Source: Alkalispirochaeta sp. (lineage in GTDB: Bacteria > Spirochaetota > Spirochaetia > DSM-27196 > Alkalispirochaetaceae). From it: DNA of 64,000 bases. The notes under the pieces are model-generated. The model saw nothing but the letters and a program-made list of their open reading frames with translations. It was not told the origin of the DNA and did no database searches. Where the stretch lies: contig OZ271854.1 in assembly GCA_965601925.1 (NCBI GenBank), positions 1,024,001 to 1,088,000 of the forward strand, read 5' to 3'. Shown here piece after piece: positions 49,080-58,162 of the stretch. A program made the position numbers and the translations under genes. How positions within the stretch are numbered: the first letter of the stretch is position 1; every line of letters starts with the position of its first letter.

Positions 49080-50191
49080 CGGTGTGTAGAACGTATTTGA
49101 AGCGTATATTCGCTCGTCGGTGGACGGTGGTACTTACCGTCGCCGTCCCGGTGCTCATCGCCCTCCTCGGCGGCACCGGCGACGACGATCGCATTCGGGT
49201 CGCTCTCTTCGATCGAGACGACAGTACTCTCTCGCGCATGGTGATCCGCGCTATAGAGCCCGTCGCGGTGCTCATCGACATTGAGTACGACCGGATCGAC
49301 GCCGGCCTCACGGACGGCCGAATCGAGTACGCCATGGTCATTCCCTCCGGTCTCGAAAATGGGGTCCTCCGCGGCGAACGGACGCGTATCGAGACCTACT
49401 CGATCCGAGGCGTCGAGACGACCGCCGCGATACGCAACGCCGCCGACAGCGCTCTCTCCGCTGCACGGGATGTGGCGCGCCGTGTAGGGGGCGATCGGGA
49501 CGCCTTTGCGGAGGCGTTGGGGCTCGTCCGGAGCGGGCCGTTTACGGTGGAGAGTGAACCCCTTCGATACGAGCGCGGAGCGTTACGCGGGCCGCAGGCC
49601 GACGGCGTTACACGACTGATCGGCATCCTGGCTCTTACGATGCTCTCCATGACGACGGTGACCTGCTTCATGTTTCTGCAGGACATCGAGGCCGGCACCC
49701 TCCACCGAAGCCTTGCAGGTCCCGTATCGGTAACGCGATACATGATCGAGACGAACCTGGCGTTCTTTCTTGTAACGTCGCTTCAAGGTATTGCGGCCGC
49801 GACGGTCGTCGGAATGGTCTTCCGCGATGTGTCGACGGGAGCGGTGTTTACGCTTCTGCTCATCCTCGCCACCTTCTCTTTGGTGGCGGTATCCCTCTCC
49901 CTCGCCGTCGCCAATATCGCGGGAACGGTTCGACGGACTCAGGTAACGATTAATTTCATCGTGATTCCGATGGCTATGCTCGGCGGGGTATTTTGGCCCG
50001 TTGAGATCATGCCCGAGTTCCTGCAACGGGTGAGTGATTTTACGCCGATTCGATGGGCTATCTCGGCGACCCAAGCCGCCCTTTCCGGCGCCGAGTTTAC
50101 CGAGGTCGCGCCGCACATCGGCATACTCGCGCTCTTCGCCGTTGTGTTCCAAGCGATGAGTGCCTGGAAAAAAGTCGACGTGACACGGTGA
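49076..50191 (+). CDS. ABC-2 exporter permease
   Basis: ATG overlaps previous stop; DRDDSTLS, MLGGVFWPVEIMPEFLQ..S.FTP.RWA. Confidence 0.85.
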   Translation: MTVCRTYLKRIFARRWTVVLTVAVPVLIALLGGTGDDDRIRVALFDRDDSTLSRMVIRAIEPVAVLIDIEYDRIDAGLTDGRIEYAMVIPSGLENGVLRGERTRIETYSIRGVETTAAIRNAADSALSAARDVARRVGGDRDAFAEALGLVRSGPFTVESEPLRYERGALRGPQADGVTRLIGILALTMLSMTTVTCFMFLQDIEAGTLHRSLAGPVSVTRYMIETNLAFFLVTSLQGIAAATVVGMVFRDVSTGAVFTLLLILATFSLVAVSLSLAVANIAGTVRRTQVTINFIVIPMAMLGGVFWPVEIMPEFLQRVSDFTPIRWAISATQAALSGAEFTEVAPHIGILALFAVVFQAMSAWKKVDVTR

Positions 50192-50209
50192 GCGGAGTAG
50201 AATCGGCCC

Positions 50210-51322
50210 GTGGAGCGCCCTGAGGTCAACACCATCCGTTGCATCATAAAAGCGACGATCTGGATCGCCATCGTCGCGACGCTCGTCTCCGAGACGAGGG
50301 TCTCGTCGGAGACCGTCGCGTTCGTTTTGGCCGGGCTCATCGCGGAGATTACAAACGCCCGCTTCGCGCGATCCCGTTCGGTAACGGTCGTCAAGTGCGC
50401 GTTCTTCGTACTCTGCGCCGCCTTGGACGACTCCTTCGCACTGCTCGCCGCATCGGCGGCCTTTGACTTGGCTCTCGGCGCGCCGGGAGCCTTCGCGACG
50501 GTTCCGGTCGTCGCGACCGTTGCCGTCACCCCGCCCGAACGGTGGGCGATTGTGGTTTTGTGTTCCGTTATCGCGGCCGCAGCGGGGTGGATTGCGCAAC
50601 GGCACGTCGCGGCGTGGCACGGCCATACCCTCGCCCTCGATCGCGAGCGACGACTGCGATACCGCGGGGAGGAGACTCGAAGGCGCTTGGAACGGACATC
50701 GCGGGAGCTGATTCGTGCGACCGAAGAGGCCGAACGCACGCGAATCGCTCATGCAATCCACGACGACGTGGGACACCGATTGACCGGTACCCTCATGCAG
50801 ATTCAGGCCGCACGCCGCCTCGTATCGTCCCACCCCGGCCGCGCGATGGACATGCTCGATACCGCAACCGGAGCGCTCACCACGGCGGTCGAATCGATTC
50901 GCGAGACCGTCTACGATTTGCGACCACGCGCCGAGTCGGACGCGGCGGCGATACGGAGGCTCTGCGCTGAGTTCCGCTTCTGTCCCGTCGAGGTATCCCT
51001 CGACGACGAAGCGTACTCGGCGCTGGCCGAACCGTATCGCGACGCCTGTCTCCTCACGATTCGCGAACTCCTGACGAACGCGGCGCGACACTCGAGGGCC
51101 GAGAGAATTCGAGTGCGTGTCGACCTGGGAGCGTACATGAGGCTCGTCTACGAGGACGACGGGATCGGCTCGACGACGGCGCGCGAAGGGATCGGTATCG
51201 AGGGTATCCGCAGCCGGACCGAGGCGCTCGGCGGTACCTTCGTTACCTCGGGGCACCGCGGCTTCGTCGTACGAATCGCGATACCCCTCGATAATCACGA
51301 TGCGAGGAGAGGATCGGGATGA
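50210..51322 (+). CDS. Membrane sensor histidine kinase, HisKA_3 (NarX/DesK type)
   Basis: ERTRIAHAIHDDVGH.LT, ELLTNAARHS, DDGIG, GIGIEGI. Confidence 0.9.
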   Translation: MERPEVNTIRCIIKATIWIAIVATLVSETRVSSETVAFVLAGLIAEITNARFARSRSVTVVKCAFFVLCAALDDSFALLAASAAFDLALGAPGAFATVPVVATVAVTPPERWAIVVLCSVIAAAAGWIAQRHVAAWHGHTLALDRERRLRYRGEETRRRLERTSRELIRATEEAERTRIAHAIHDDVGHRLTGTLMQIQAARRLVSSHPGRAMDMLDTATGALTTAVESIRETVYDLRPRAESDAAAIRRLCAEFRFCPVEVSLDDEAYSALAEPYRDACLLTIRELLTNAARHSRAERIRVRVDLGAYMRLVYEDDGIGSTTAREGIGIEGIRSRTEALGGTFVTSGHRGFVVRIAIPLDNHDARRGSG

Positions 51323-52005
51323 ACGTGATACGGGTGGCACTCGTCGACGACGACGGGCTCATTCGCGACGGTCTCGGCGCAATTCTCGAAATGTACGACG
51401 ATATCGAGTTCGTCGGCGCGGAGGAGGACGGCGAGGCGGGCGTGGCCCTTTGCGACCGCACACGCCCGGAGGTAGTCTTGATGGACATCCGCATGCCGGT
51501 TCTCGACGGAGTCGCCGCGGCGGCGCGAATCAAGGAGACGTGGCCCGATATGAAAGTCATTATGCTGACGACCTTCGGGGACGGCGCCTCCATTCGGAGC
51601 GCCATCGCCCTCGGGGCCGAGGGATACATCCTCAAGAGTTCATCGGCCGATACCATCGTGGAAAGTATTCGTGCCGTCCATCGGGGGACGACGGTGCTGC
51701 ACAACGATGTCGCGCGAACCTTGGGCTCGATACTGACCGACACGACCGTCGATTCGATATCGACGCGTGAGGCGGCCTCGCCGCACGCCCCCGTCGAACG
51801 TGGGCGATTGGAGGCGTTGGGGCTCAGCCCGCGAGAGCTCGACGTACTCACCCTTATCGCCCAAGGGCACTCAAACAAAGAGATCGCCGCGGAGCTCCGC
51901 CTATCCGACGGTACGGTACGTAACTACATCTCCGACATGCTTGCGAAGCTTGCGGTGCGCGATCGGACCCAACTCGCGATTCTCTACTATCGAAGCCTCG
52001 GCTGA
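51319..52005 (+). CDS. NarL/LuxR-family response regulator
   Basis: LVDDD, LMDIRMP.LDG, LTTF, YILK, LSPRELDVL, SNKEIA, TVRNY. Confidence 0.92.
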   Translation: MNVIRVALVDDDGLIRDGLGAILEMYDDIEFVGAEEDGEAGVALCDRTRPEVVLMDIRMPVLDGVAAAARIKETWPDMKVIMLTTFGDGASIRSAIALGAEGYILKSSSADTIVESIRAVHRGTTVLHNDVARTLGSILTDTTVDSISTREAASPHAPVERGRLEALGLSPRELDVLTLIAQGHSNKEIAAELRLSDGTVRNYISDMLAKLAVRDRTQLAILYYRSLG

Positions 52006-52054
52006 AACCGGCTCCCTTGGCGGAGACGCCGGGGGGTGAGTATCCTCGGTACCG

Positions 52055-53050
52055 ATGGAAGGCCCACCGATCGACCGATACGCGGACCGCAACGATTTCG
52101 ATCGCCTCGTGCATCGCCACCGGCGAGAACTCCTCTCGTACTGTTACAAGATACTCGGTTCGATCGATGATGCGGAGGATGCGCTCCAGGAGACCCTTCT
52201 CAAGGCGTGGCGGAGCATCGATACGTACCGCGGCGAAGGGAGCGTCCGAGCATGGCTGTACGGAATCGCGACCAACACCTGCCTCACCGAGGCGAAACGG
52301 AGAGCTCGCCGTCGGTCGTTGCCGTCGGAACTGTACGCCAAGTCGGAAGAGGTAGCCGCGATTCCCGACCCGGTGAGCGATCCGATATGGCTCGATCCCG
52401 CACCGTCGGCGTACTGCGCCGATCCCTCCGAGCGGTTCGAATTGCGCGAGAAGACCAAGATCGCCTTCCTGCTGCTCTATCAACTGTTGAATCCTCAGCA
52501 GCGCAGTATTCTAATACTCCGAGATATCTTGGCCTTCTCCGCGAGAGAGACCGCCGGCATCCTCGGTCTCTCGACCTCGTCGGTAAACAGCTCACTTCTG
52601 CGGGCGAGAAAGAGGGTGGAACGCGAGATTCAACGATATCCGGCAGATACGGTAGACCTCGCGGAGCGCAACGGTGCGGTAGAATCCCTGGTGGAATCGT
52701 TCATGCGCGTCTGGGAGCGATCGGACGTAGCAGGACTCGTCTCTCTCATGACGGAGGATTCGATCGTGTCCATGCCGCCGTTGCCGATATGGCTTCGCGG
52801 ACGCACGGCTATCGAGTCGTTCTTAACCCGACATGTGTTCTCAAAGCGGACACGACTGGTACGTACCGACGCGAATGGGCAGCTCGCCTTCGCCGGATAT
52901 CGTCTCGACGGTGAGCGGTACGTGCCGCATACGCTCTTAGTGCTCTCGATCGCCGCCGGCGCCGAAAATGCACGGATCACCTCCATGATATCGTTTCTGA
53001 ATCCGCGGTTGTTCTCGCCGTTCGGACTCCCCGCATCTCTCGGCCCGTGA
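52055..53050 (+). CDS. ECF sigma factor with C-terminal SnoaL-like domain (SigG/ECF56-like)
   Basis: CYKILGS..DAEDALQET, WLYGIATN, WLDP linker, SMPP...W..GR, ANGQLAF, LFSPFGLP. Confidence 0.85.
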   Translation: MEGPPIDRYADRNDFDRLVHRHRRELLSYCYKILGSIDDAEDALQETLLKAWRSIDTYRGEGSVRAWLYGIATNTCLTEAKRRARRRSLPSELYAKSEEVAAIPDPVSDPIWLDPAPSAYCADPSERFELREKTKIAFLLLYQLLNPQQRSILILRDILAFSARETAGILGLSTSSVNSSLLRARKRVEREIQRYPADTVDLAERNGAVESLVESFMRVWERSDVAGLVSLMTEDSIVSMPPLPIWLRGRTAIESFLTRHVFSKRTRLVRTDANGQLAFAGYRLDGERYVPHTLLVLSIAAGAENARITSMISFLNPRLFSPFGLPASLGP

Positions 53051-53145
53051 GCACCGCTCCACGAGAGACGTACGGCACCAACGACTTTTTTCCACCCCGC
53101 TTATTTTTCCGATCTCGAATGGTCGTACTACTCAGGAGGATTGCA

Positions 53146-53535
53146 ATGAATGTGTTGATACTTATCGCCGGGGTTCTGAGTCTGTTCACGACGGCGGGAC
53201 ACGTCGCCGCGGGCGGTACAATGTTCCTGAAACCCATTCTCGACTCGGACGCCCCGGAACTACCGAAAAAGGTGTTTCACGCCCTCTTTCATCTGATCAC
53301 CGTAAACTTTGCGCTGTTCACGGTAGTGCTTTTTTTGGCCGGCCTTTCCGTCGATATGGAACCGCGCCTTGCACCGTTGGTCCTTTTTTGCGGCGTAAGC
53401 TACGTGCTCTACGCCGCGGTCGAGGTGATCGTGGCACTTACCGCCCGCCTCCCCGGGGCGCTCAAGAAGATGTTCGTTTGGGTCTTCTTCCTGACCACCG
53501 GCGTCGTCGCGCTTCTCGGATATCTCGTTTCTTAA
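53146..53535 (+). CDS. Hypothetical four-TM membrane protein
   Basis: SD AGGAGG; hydrophobic segments with conserved-looking His (AGH, FH); downstream of the ECF gene. Confidence 0.65.
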   Translation: MNVLILIAGVLSLFTTAGHVAAGGTMFLKPILDSDAPELPKKVFHALFHLITVNFALFTVVLFLAGLSVDMEPRLAPLVLFCGVSYVLYAAVEVIVALTARLPGALKKMFVWVFFLTTGVVALLGYLVS

Positions 53536-53708
53536 CCGTCCGACGGCCTACCGCTCGTCGGATAGCTTGCTGAGTTTCACCGACACAGTCTCGCCGGCAC
53601 CGGTGCGGGGTTAGTCCGAGAGAGATGCCGCGGCGCGCTCCGTTGCGCGCTATGAGCCTTGCCGAGCACTCGCATTTCGCGAGATGCTTGCGGAATGAGG
53701 AGCAGCGT

Positions 53709-54908
53709 GTGCGCGGAGTAATCGGGTTGATCGTGTCGACGATCTTCGCTCTCACATCGGGCGCGAGCGGTGTCGTCGCACAGAACTACATCGGTGTGAT
53801 CCAAGCCGATCGCGGGGCGGACGGAAACCGTCTTGTACGTGCACCTCTTCCGCTTCCGCTCATGCGCAACGATCGGATCGAGACCGGTCGGAGCGCCGAG
53901 TGGGCCGCCGGATACGTTTTGGACGGTCGCCCGGCGTGGCTGGTCCGGCTCGACGACGGATCGTTCGTCCGCGTCCGCATTGAGGGGGACCGTCCGGTCC
54001 CGACACCGATCGAGGTCGCCGGGATCGACGACTCGACGGCGGACCGCGGTGAACACTCGGCGACGCTCACCCTCGCGTGGAATGCAGACACGCGGCGTTG
54101 GTTGCCGCTCCCCCTCGGCTCATACCCCGCCGGCTACCTCGATTCGTCCCTCCCCGCTCCGCTTCCCGACGGACACATCAGCGTAGGGTCGGACCAGGTC
54201 GTCGCCTATCTCTCACATCCGACCGACCGCTACGCCCACGGCGTGATCGGCGACACGATTGAAGCCGGCGCTCTCACGATCTTGTCTCACGCCCCGCCGC
54301 GAACGGTCGAGTTCGACGGGACGGTGGCCGAGGAACGGGGTGTCCTTCTCACGGACCTGCATCGCGACGGCTCCATCGAGATCGTCACGGTTCTCGCGCG
54401 AGCCCGACTCGGCGCGTGGCTTGCGGCCTTCAGTCTGAACGGACGGCTCGTCGCGGAAGGGGAAGCGATAGGAAGGGGATTCCGCTGGCGACATCTCATC
54501 GGTGCCGGCCCGCTGGGACCCGAGGGAGAAGAGCTCATTGCGGCGGTCCGCACTCCCCACATCGGCGGCGAGCTCGAATACTACAACGAGGAGCTCGAAG
54601 TGGTTGCCCGCGTGCCCGGTTATTCAAGCCACGGCTACGGTGCGCGGAGTCTGGGCGACGCGTGGATCGTGAACGTCGACGGCGACGATCGCTGGGAGGT
54701 CGTGCTTCCCACACAGCAGCGCACTCGCCTCGAGGCGGTCTCTCTCTCGCAGCGCGGTCCGGACGTCCTCTGGCACTACGACCTCGACGCGCCGCTCAGC
54801 TCAAACCTCGCTCCGGCCGATCCTCGCACCGATCAGGGAACCTCGACCGGCGGCGGCGGCGGCCTTCTTGTGGGCACGCGCGACGGCGCGCTCCACGTCT
54901 GGTGGTAG
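53709..54908 (+). CDS. Secreted protein with FG-GAP/VCBS-like repeats
   Basis: Signal-like N-terminus; PTDRYAHGVIGD.IEA, DLHRDGSIEIV, VRTPHIGG, NVDGDDRWEVV. Start uncertain. Confidence 0.6.
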   Translation: MRGVIGLIVSTIFALTSGASGVVAQNYIGVIQADRGADGNRLVRAPLPLPLMRNDRIETGRSAEWAAGYVLDGRPAWLVRLDDGSFVRVRIEGDRPVPTPIEVAGIDDSTADRGEHSATLTLAWNADTRRWLPLPLGSYPAGYLDSSLPAPLPDGHISVGSDQVVAYLSHPTDRYAHGVIGDTIEAGALTILSHAPPRTVEFDGTVAEERGVLLTDLHRDGSIEIVTVLARARLGAWLAAFSLNGRLVAEGEAIGRGFRWRHLIGAGPLGPEGEELIAAVRTPHIGGELEYYNEELEVVARVPGYSSHGYGARSLGDAWIVNVDGDDRWEVVLPTQQRTRLEAVSLSQRGPDVLWHYDLDAPLSSNLAPADPRTDQGTSTGGGGGLLVGTRDGALHVWW

Positions 54909-54923
54909 CTTCTCGCAATCCGG

Positions 54924-55511
54924 TCACTTCCGCCACTGGTTGGCGCGAATATTTTGCTCCGCAAGCTCCGCGGTTTCGCGTATGCGCTTTGCGCGAGTCT
55001 CCGCTCGTTTTGCGTGAGCGATCCACTCCAGAATGCCCCGCTTGGCCGACCGCGGAAAGGCCTCGAAGTGGCCTCCGGCCCGTGGGAAACGAGCGAGGGC
55101 GGCCGCTAAGTCGGCGGGAACCTCGAGTGCCTCGACGGCGTCCAAGGCGGTCCAGGAGCCGTCCCTCTTCGCCGCCTCGACCTTCGCAAGCCCCGCTTCG
55201 GTCATGAGTCCCCGAGTGATCATGCGCTCGACTCGCTCTTTGTTCGGCGCGGACCACCAGCTTCCGGCCTTTCGCGGGGCGAACCACAGCATGGACCGCT
55301 CGTCGTCGAGCTTGTTCGTCTTACTGTCGACCCATCCGAAACACAACGCTTCCTCGACCTGATCGTTGTACTCAATGCGGGGCTTACCGGTAGCTTTCTT
55401 GAAACCGACGAACCACACGCCTTCGTTCCGCGCGTGATGTTCGGCCAGCCAAGCTCGCCACTGTTCGCGGGAAAGGGGATGTACCGAGTTCTCGGGGGCT
55501 GGAACGGCCAC
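54924..55511 (-). CDS. YdeI/OmpD-associated (bacteriocin-protection) family protein
   Basis: WRAWLAEHH, EALCFGWVDS, PRK..SWWS..NK, GLMTEAG, AKRAETRAKRI. Confidence 0.88.
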   Translation of the reverse strand: MAVPAPENSVHPLSREQWRAWLAEHHARNEGVWFVGFKKATGKPRIEYNDQVEEALCFGWVDSKTNKLDDERSMLWFAPRKAGSWWSAPNKERVERMITRGLMTEAGLAKVEAAKRDGSWTALDAVEALEVPADLAAALARFPRAGGHFEAFPRSAKRGILEWIAHAKRAETRAKRIRETAELAEQNIRANQWRK

Positions 55512-55513
55512 GT

Positions 55514-55801
55514 CTACTCGCCCTTCGGCGCCGGTTCGAAGGTGGTCCGCACCGATTCGTCGTCCTCGACGGGAACGGCCGCGACCGGAACGTGACTCTC
55601 ACCCGGGTAGATCGTCCCGACGCCCTCTCGCGCGAGGCCGCCGTGCCGGCTCCGTTCGGCATGCGTCCACGAACGGACGAAGAGGCGGCGGTCGTAGACT
55701 ACCATCCAGCTCGGGAGAGGCGTATGTCCGCCCGTCCCGGCCGACAAGCCGATCTGCTCCGTCCCACCGGTGAGGCGGGGCATTGATTTCTCGAATCGCA
55801 T
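55514..55801 (-). CDS. DUF2255-like protein, probably truncated
   Basis: IGLSAG...WMVVYDRRLFVRSW; 95 aa; appears to lack the usual C-terminal helix. Confidence 0.4.
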   Translation of the reverse strand: MRFEKSMPRLTGGTEQIGLSAGTGGHTPLPSWMVVYDRRLFVRSWTHAERSRHGGLAREGVGTIYPGESHVPVAAVPVEDDESVRTTFEPAPKGE

Positions 55802-56029
55802 AGTGGAAAGATAGTCATCCCACAGCGCCTCACCAAGCCGGCGAGAGCGACGCGCTGCGGCGTACACCGGAAGGCTCTGCAAGCGCGACCGTGGGAACGG
55901 TGCGGTTGAGGTACTCAGCGTGTTCACTCTCGATGAACTCGTCCCCTTCGCCTCGAGCGATCGCGATCGGCACGGCGATTCCGGCCGACTCATCGGCCGA
56001 GTAGCCGGACTCCGTGTCGGTCGCGCCGC

Positions 56030-56758
56030 TCACTCCGAACGGCCCGCACTTTTGGCGCTACGCGTCATGTAGTGCCGTTTGGTTTCCTTGTCCAGTTTCT
56101 CGACGGCGTAGCGCAACGTGACTCGGGGCATGGTCGCGGCGTAGGTATCAAGGAAGTCGCGGAGTCGCCCTTCGTCTTTTTTTCCAACCTCGCGCAGGAA
56201 GGTGCCGACCGCCTTGTTGACGAGTTCGTGTCCGTCGTCGATGAGAATCTCGGCGATTGCGAGAGTATCGTCGAGCTCTCCCTTCTTGACAAAAAAGTAC
56301 GTCGCAACGACGGCCGTCCGCCGCTCCCACGGGTTGTCGGACTTCGCGAGGCGGTACAAAGGGTCGCGCGATTTGTCCACAAGATAACCACCGACGACAT
56401 GTGTCGCCGCACGATCCACGAAGTCCCAATTGTCGATGCGGTCGTGACGACGGAGGTAGAGATCGTAGAGCTTACGTTTGTGCTCCGGCGGCGTCTTTTT
56501 CGCCCGCGCCTGGAAGTCCATGATGCTCACCGCGCCCATACGTACCTCGTAGTAGTCGCTTTCGAGGAGCGTCTCTATCTCGACGAGGGGCATGGCTGTG
56601 TATCGCCGCGCCGTATCGAAAACGATCCCGAAGCGCACGCCGAGGGCCTCAGTTTGCCGATCGTCGCCCTTGTAGAAGCGTGCGAGTTTGTCCTTTTCTT
56701 TCTCGGTGATGTGGGGCGTGAGCGCGCGTACGAATGAACGCGCCGTCATGTCATCCAT
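56030..56758 (-). CDS. AlkD-like DNA alkylation repair protein
   Basis: YEVRMGAVSIM, IDNWDFVD, NPWERRTAVV, LVNKAVGTFLREVGK, MPRVTLRYAVEK. Confidence 0.87.
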   Translation of the reverse strand: MDDMTARSFVRALTPHITEKEKDKLARFYKGDDRQTEALGVRFGIVFDTARRYTAMPLVEIETLLESDYYEVRMGAVSIMDFQARAKKTPPEHKRKLYDLYLRRHDRIDNWDFVDRAATHVVGGYLVDKSRDPLYRLAKSDNPWERRTAVVATYFFVKKGELDDTLAIAEILIDDGHELVNKAVGTFLREVGKKDEGRLRDFLDTYAATMPRVTLRYAVEKLDKETKRHYMTRSAKSAGRSE

Positions 56759-56917
56759 TTAGTTCCTCCCGTTGATTTGCCGGACGGCCCACCCGTTACC
56801 ATCGGGATCCTTCAAAAAGACGAACCCGACGTGAAATCCAAGGCCGTTGGCATAAAAGCGCTTGGCCCGATCGAGGTCGGTTACCGGCACGCACACGAAC
56901 TCGAGCATCCGGTTCAT
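56759..56917 (-). pseudogene. 52-aa mini-VOC (in-frame internal deletion of a glyoxalase gene)
   Basis: Below the ORF-track cutoff. Manual translation: MNRMLEFVCVPVTDLDRAKRFYANGLGFHVGFVFLKDPDGNGWAVRQINGRN*. SD GGAGG and ATGA coupling to the upstream gene. Confidence 0.7.
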
Positions 56918-57426
56918 ACTGTCCCTCCCCGCAGGTCCGATCGTTCCGCGGTCGGTGCGCCGAGCGCTTCATCAAGGGCCCGATATGTAGCCTCCATACC
57001 GTCGGTCATGCCGGTCTCGAGCGCCCGGTCACGCGCCTCCCTCGACGAGTAACGGATCGTGGTCGCCACCGCGGTCCCGTCGCCGTCCTCTCGAAAGTGC
57101 GTCGTCACGAGCGTCTCGCCGCCGGTCCAGTCCGCGTCATAGAGCTCGGTCGTAACGAGCCGTGCGGGAGCGGCAATCTCACGATACTCGCCGCCCATGC
57201 CCATCGTCTCGCCCTCTGGACTCCGCCATTCATAGCGAAAACGGCCGCCGACGCGTAGGTCGATCTCGCATACCTCAAGACTCCACCCGTCGGGGCCGTT
57301 CAACCAGCGCTTCACGAGTTCGGGTCTCGTATACGCGGCAAAGACGTTCTTCGCCGAAGCCGAAAAGCGACGCGTGACGACAAGCTCTCGGTCGTTGGGC
57401 ATCGTTACCGTTGTCTTCGTGTTCAT
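56914..57426 (-). CDS. SRPBCC/AHSA1-domain protein
   Basis: DRELVVTRRF, VFAAYTRPELVKRW, CEIDLRVGGRFRY, EARD.AL.TGM..GM. Confidence 0.9.
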   Translation of the reverse strand: MNTKTTVTMPNDRELVVTRRFSASAKNVFAAYTRPELVKRWLNGPDGWSLEVCEIDLRVGGRFRYEWRSPEGETMGMGGEYREIAAPARLVTTELYDADWTGGETLVTTHFREDGDGTAVATTIRYSSREARDRALETGMTDGMEATYRALDEALGAPTAERSDLRGGTV

Positions 57427-57806
57427 AGCGTGTCTCCTTGTCCATTGCTTGTTGCTTCCAACTCATCGAGGACCGCATCCAATCGCGAGAAGTTTTCTTC
57501 CCAGATGCGCCGGTACGATTCGAGCCAGCCCAGGACCTCGCCGATCGTCTCGACGTTCACCGAGGCCGGTCGCCGCTGGGCGTCCCTACTCCGCGACACG
57601 AGGCGCGCCCGCTCCAATACCTTGAGGTGCTTGGTCACCGCCGGCTGGGACATGGAGAACGGTGCGGCCAACTCAGTAACGGTCGCCTCACCCTTAGCAA
57701 GGAGCATCACGAGCATCATTCGCCGGGTGGGGTCGGCAAGGGCTTGGAAAACGAAATCGAGACGAGGGTTGCGCGCCGCCTCGGTTAGATTCATTACCGC
57801 ACTCAT
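57423..57806 (-). CDS. ArsR/SmtB-family regulator
   Basis: VFQALADPTRR, MSQPAVTKHLKVLERA, RDAQRR. Confidence 0.9.
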   Translation of the reverse strand: MSAVMNLTEAARNPRLDFVFQALADPTRRMMLVMLLAKGEATVTELAAPFSMSQPAVTKHLKVLERARLVSRSRDAQRRPASVNVETIGEVLGWLESYRRIWEENFSRLDAVLDELEATSNGQGDTL

Positions 57807-58162
57807 GTCCGCTCCATTTTATATAACCGTTTCATTTTATAACCCTATGGTAATGTAATGTCAATAGATGATCCGGTCAACTCTCATTGCAACTTTTATT
57901 GACGAGCTCGGTACTCTCACATTGAACCGCTATATGGCGAGGGCCGATATCGGTACGGACACACCGCGAAAGATGATCGGTCCTTGCAAACCAGAGAGAG
58001 CCCATGAGAGAATTGTTACGATTCCGTGATTGATCGTCGATCCGGCGTGCATAGCGGTCTGAGCAACCCCACGTCGGACGCATGCGCGGAGTGCCGGCAC
58101 GTCGCGAACTCTCCGTAAACTGCCGATTCAGGTTCCGGCGAGGTCCACCGGAGGTAATAATA

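Noticed and set aside
55830..56033. 67-aa ORF overlapping the alkD stop
   Set aside because: No recognisable motif; cannot be distinguished from a chance ORF or a remnant.
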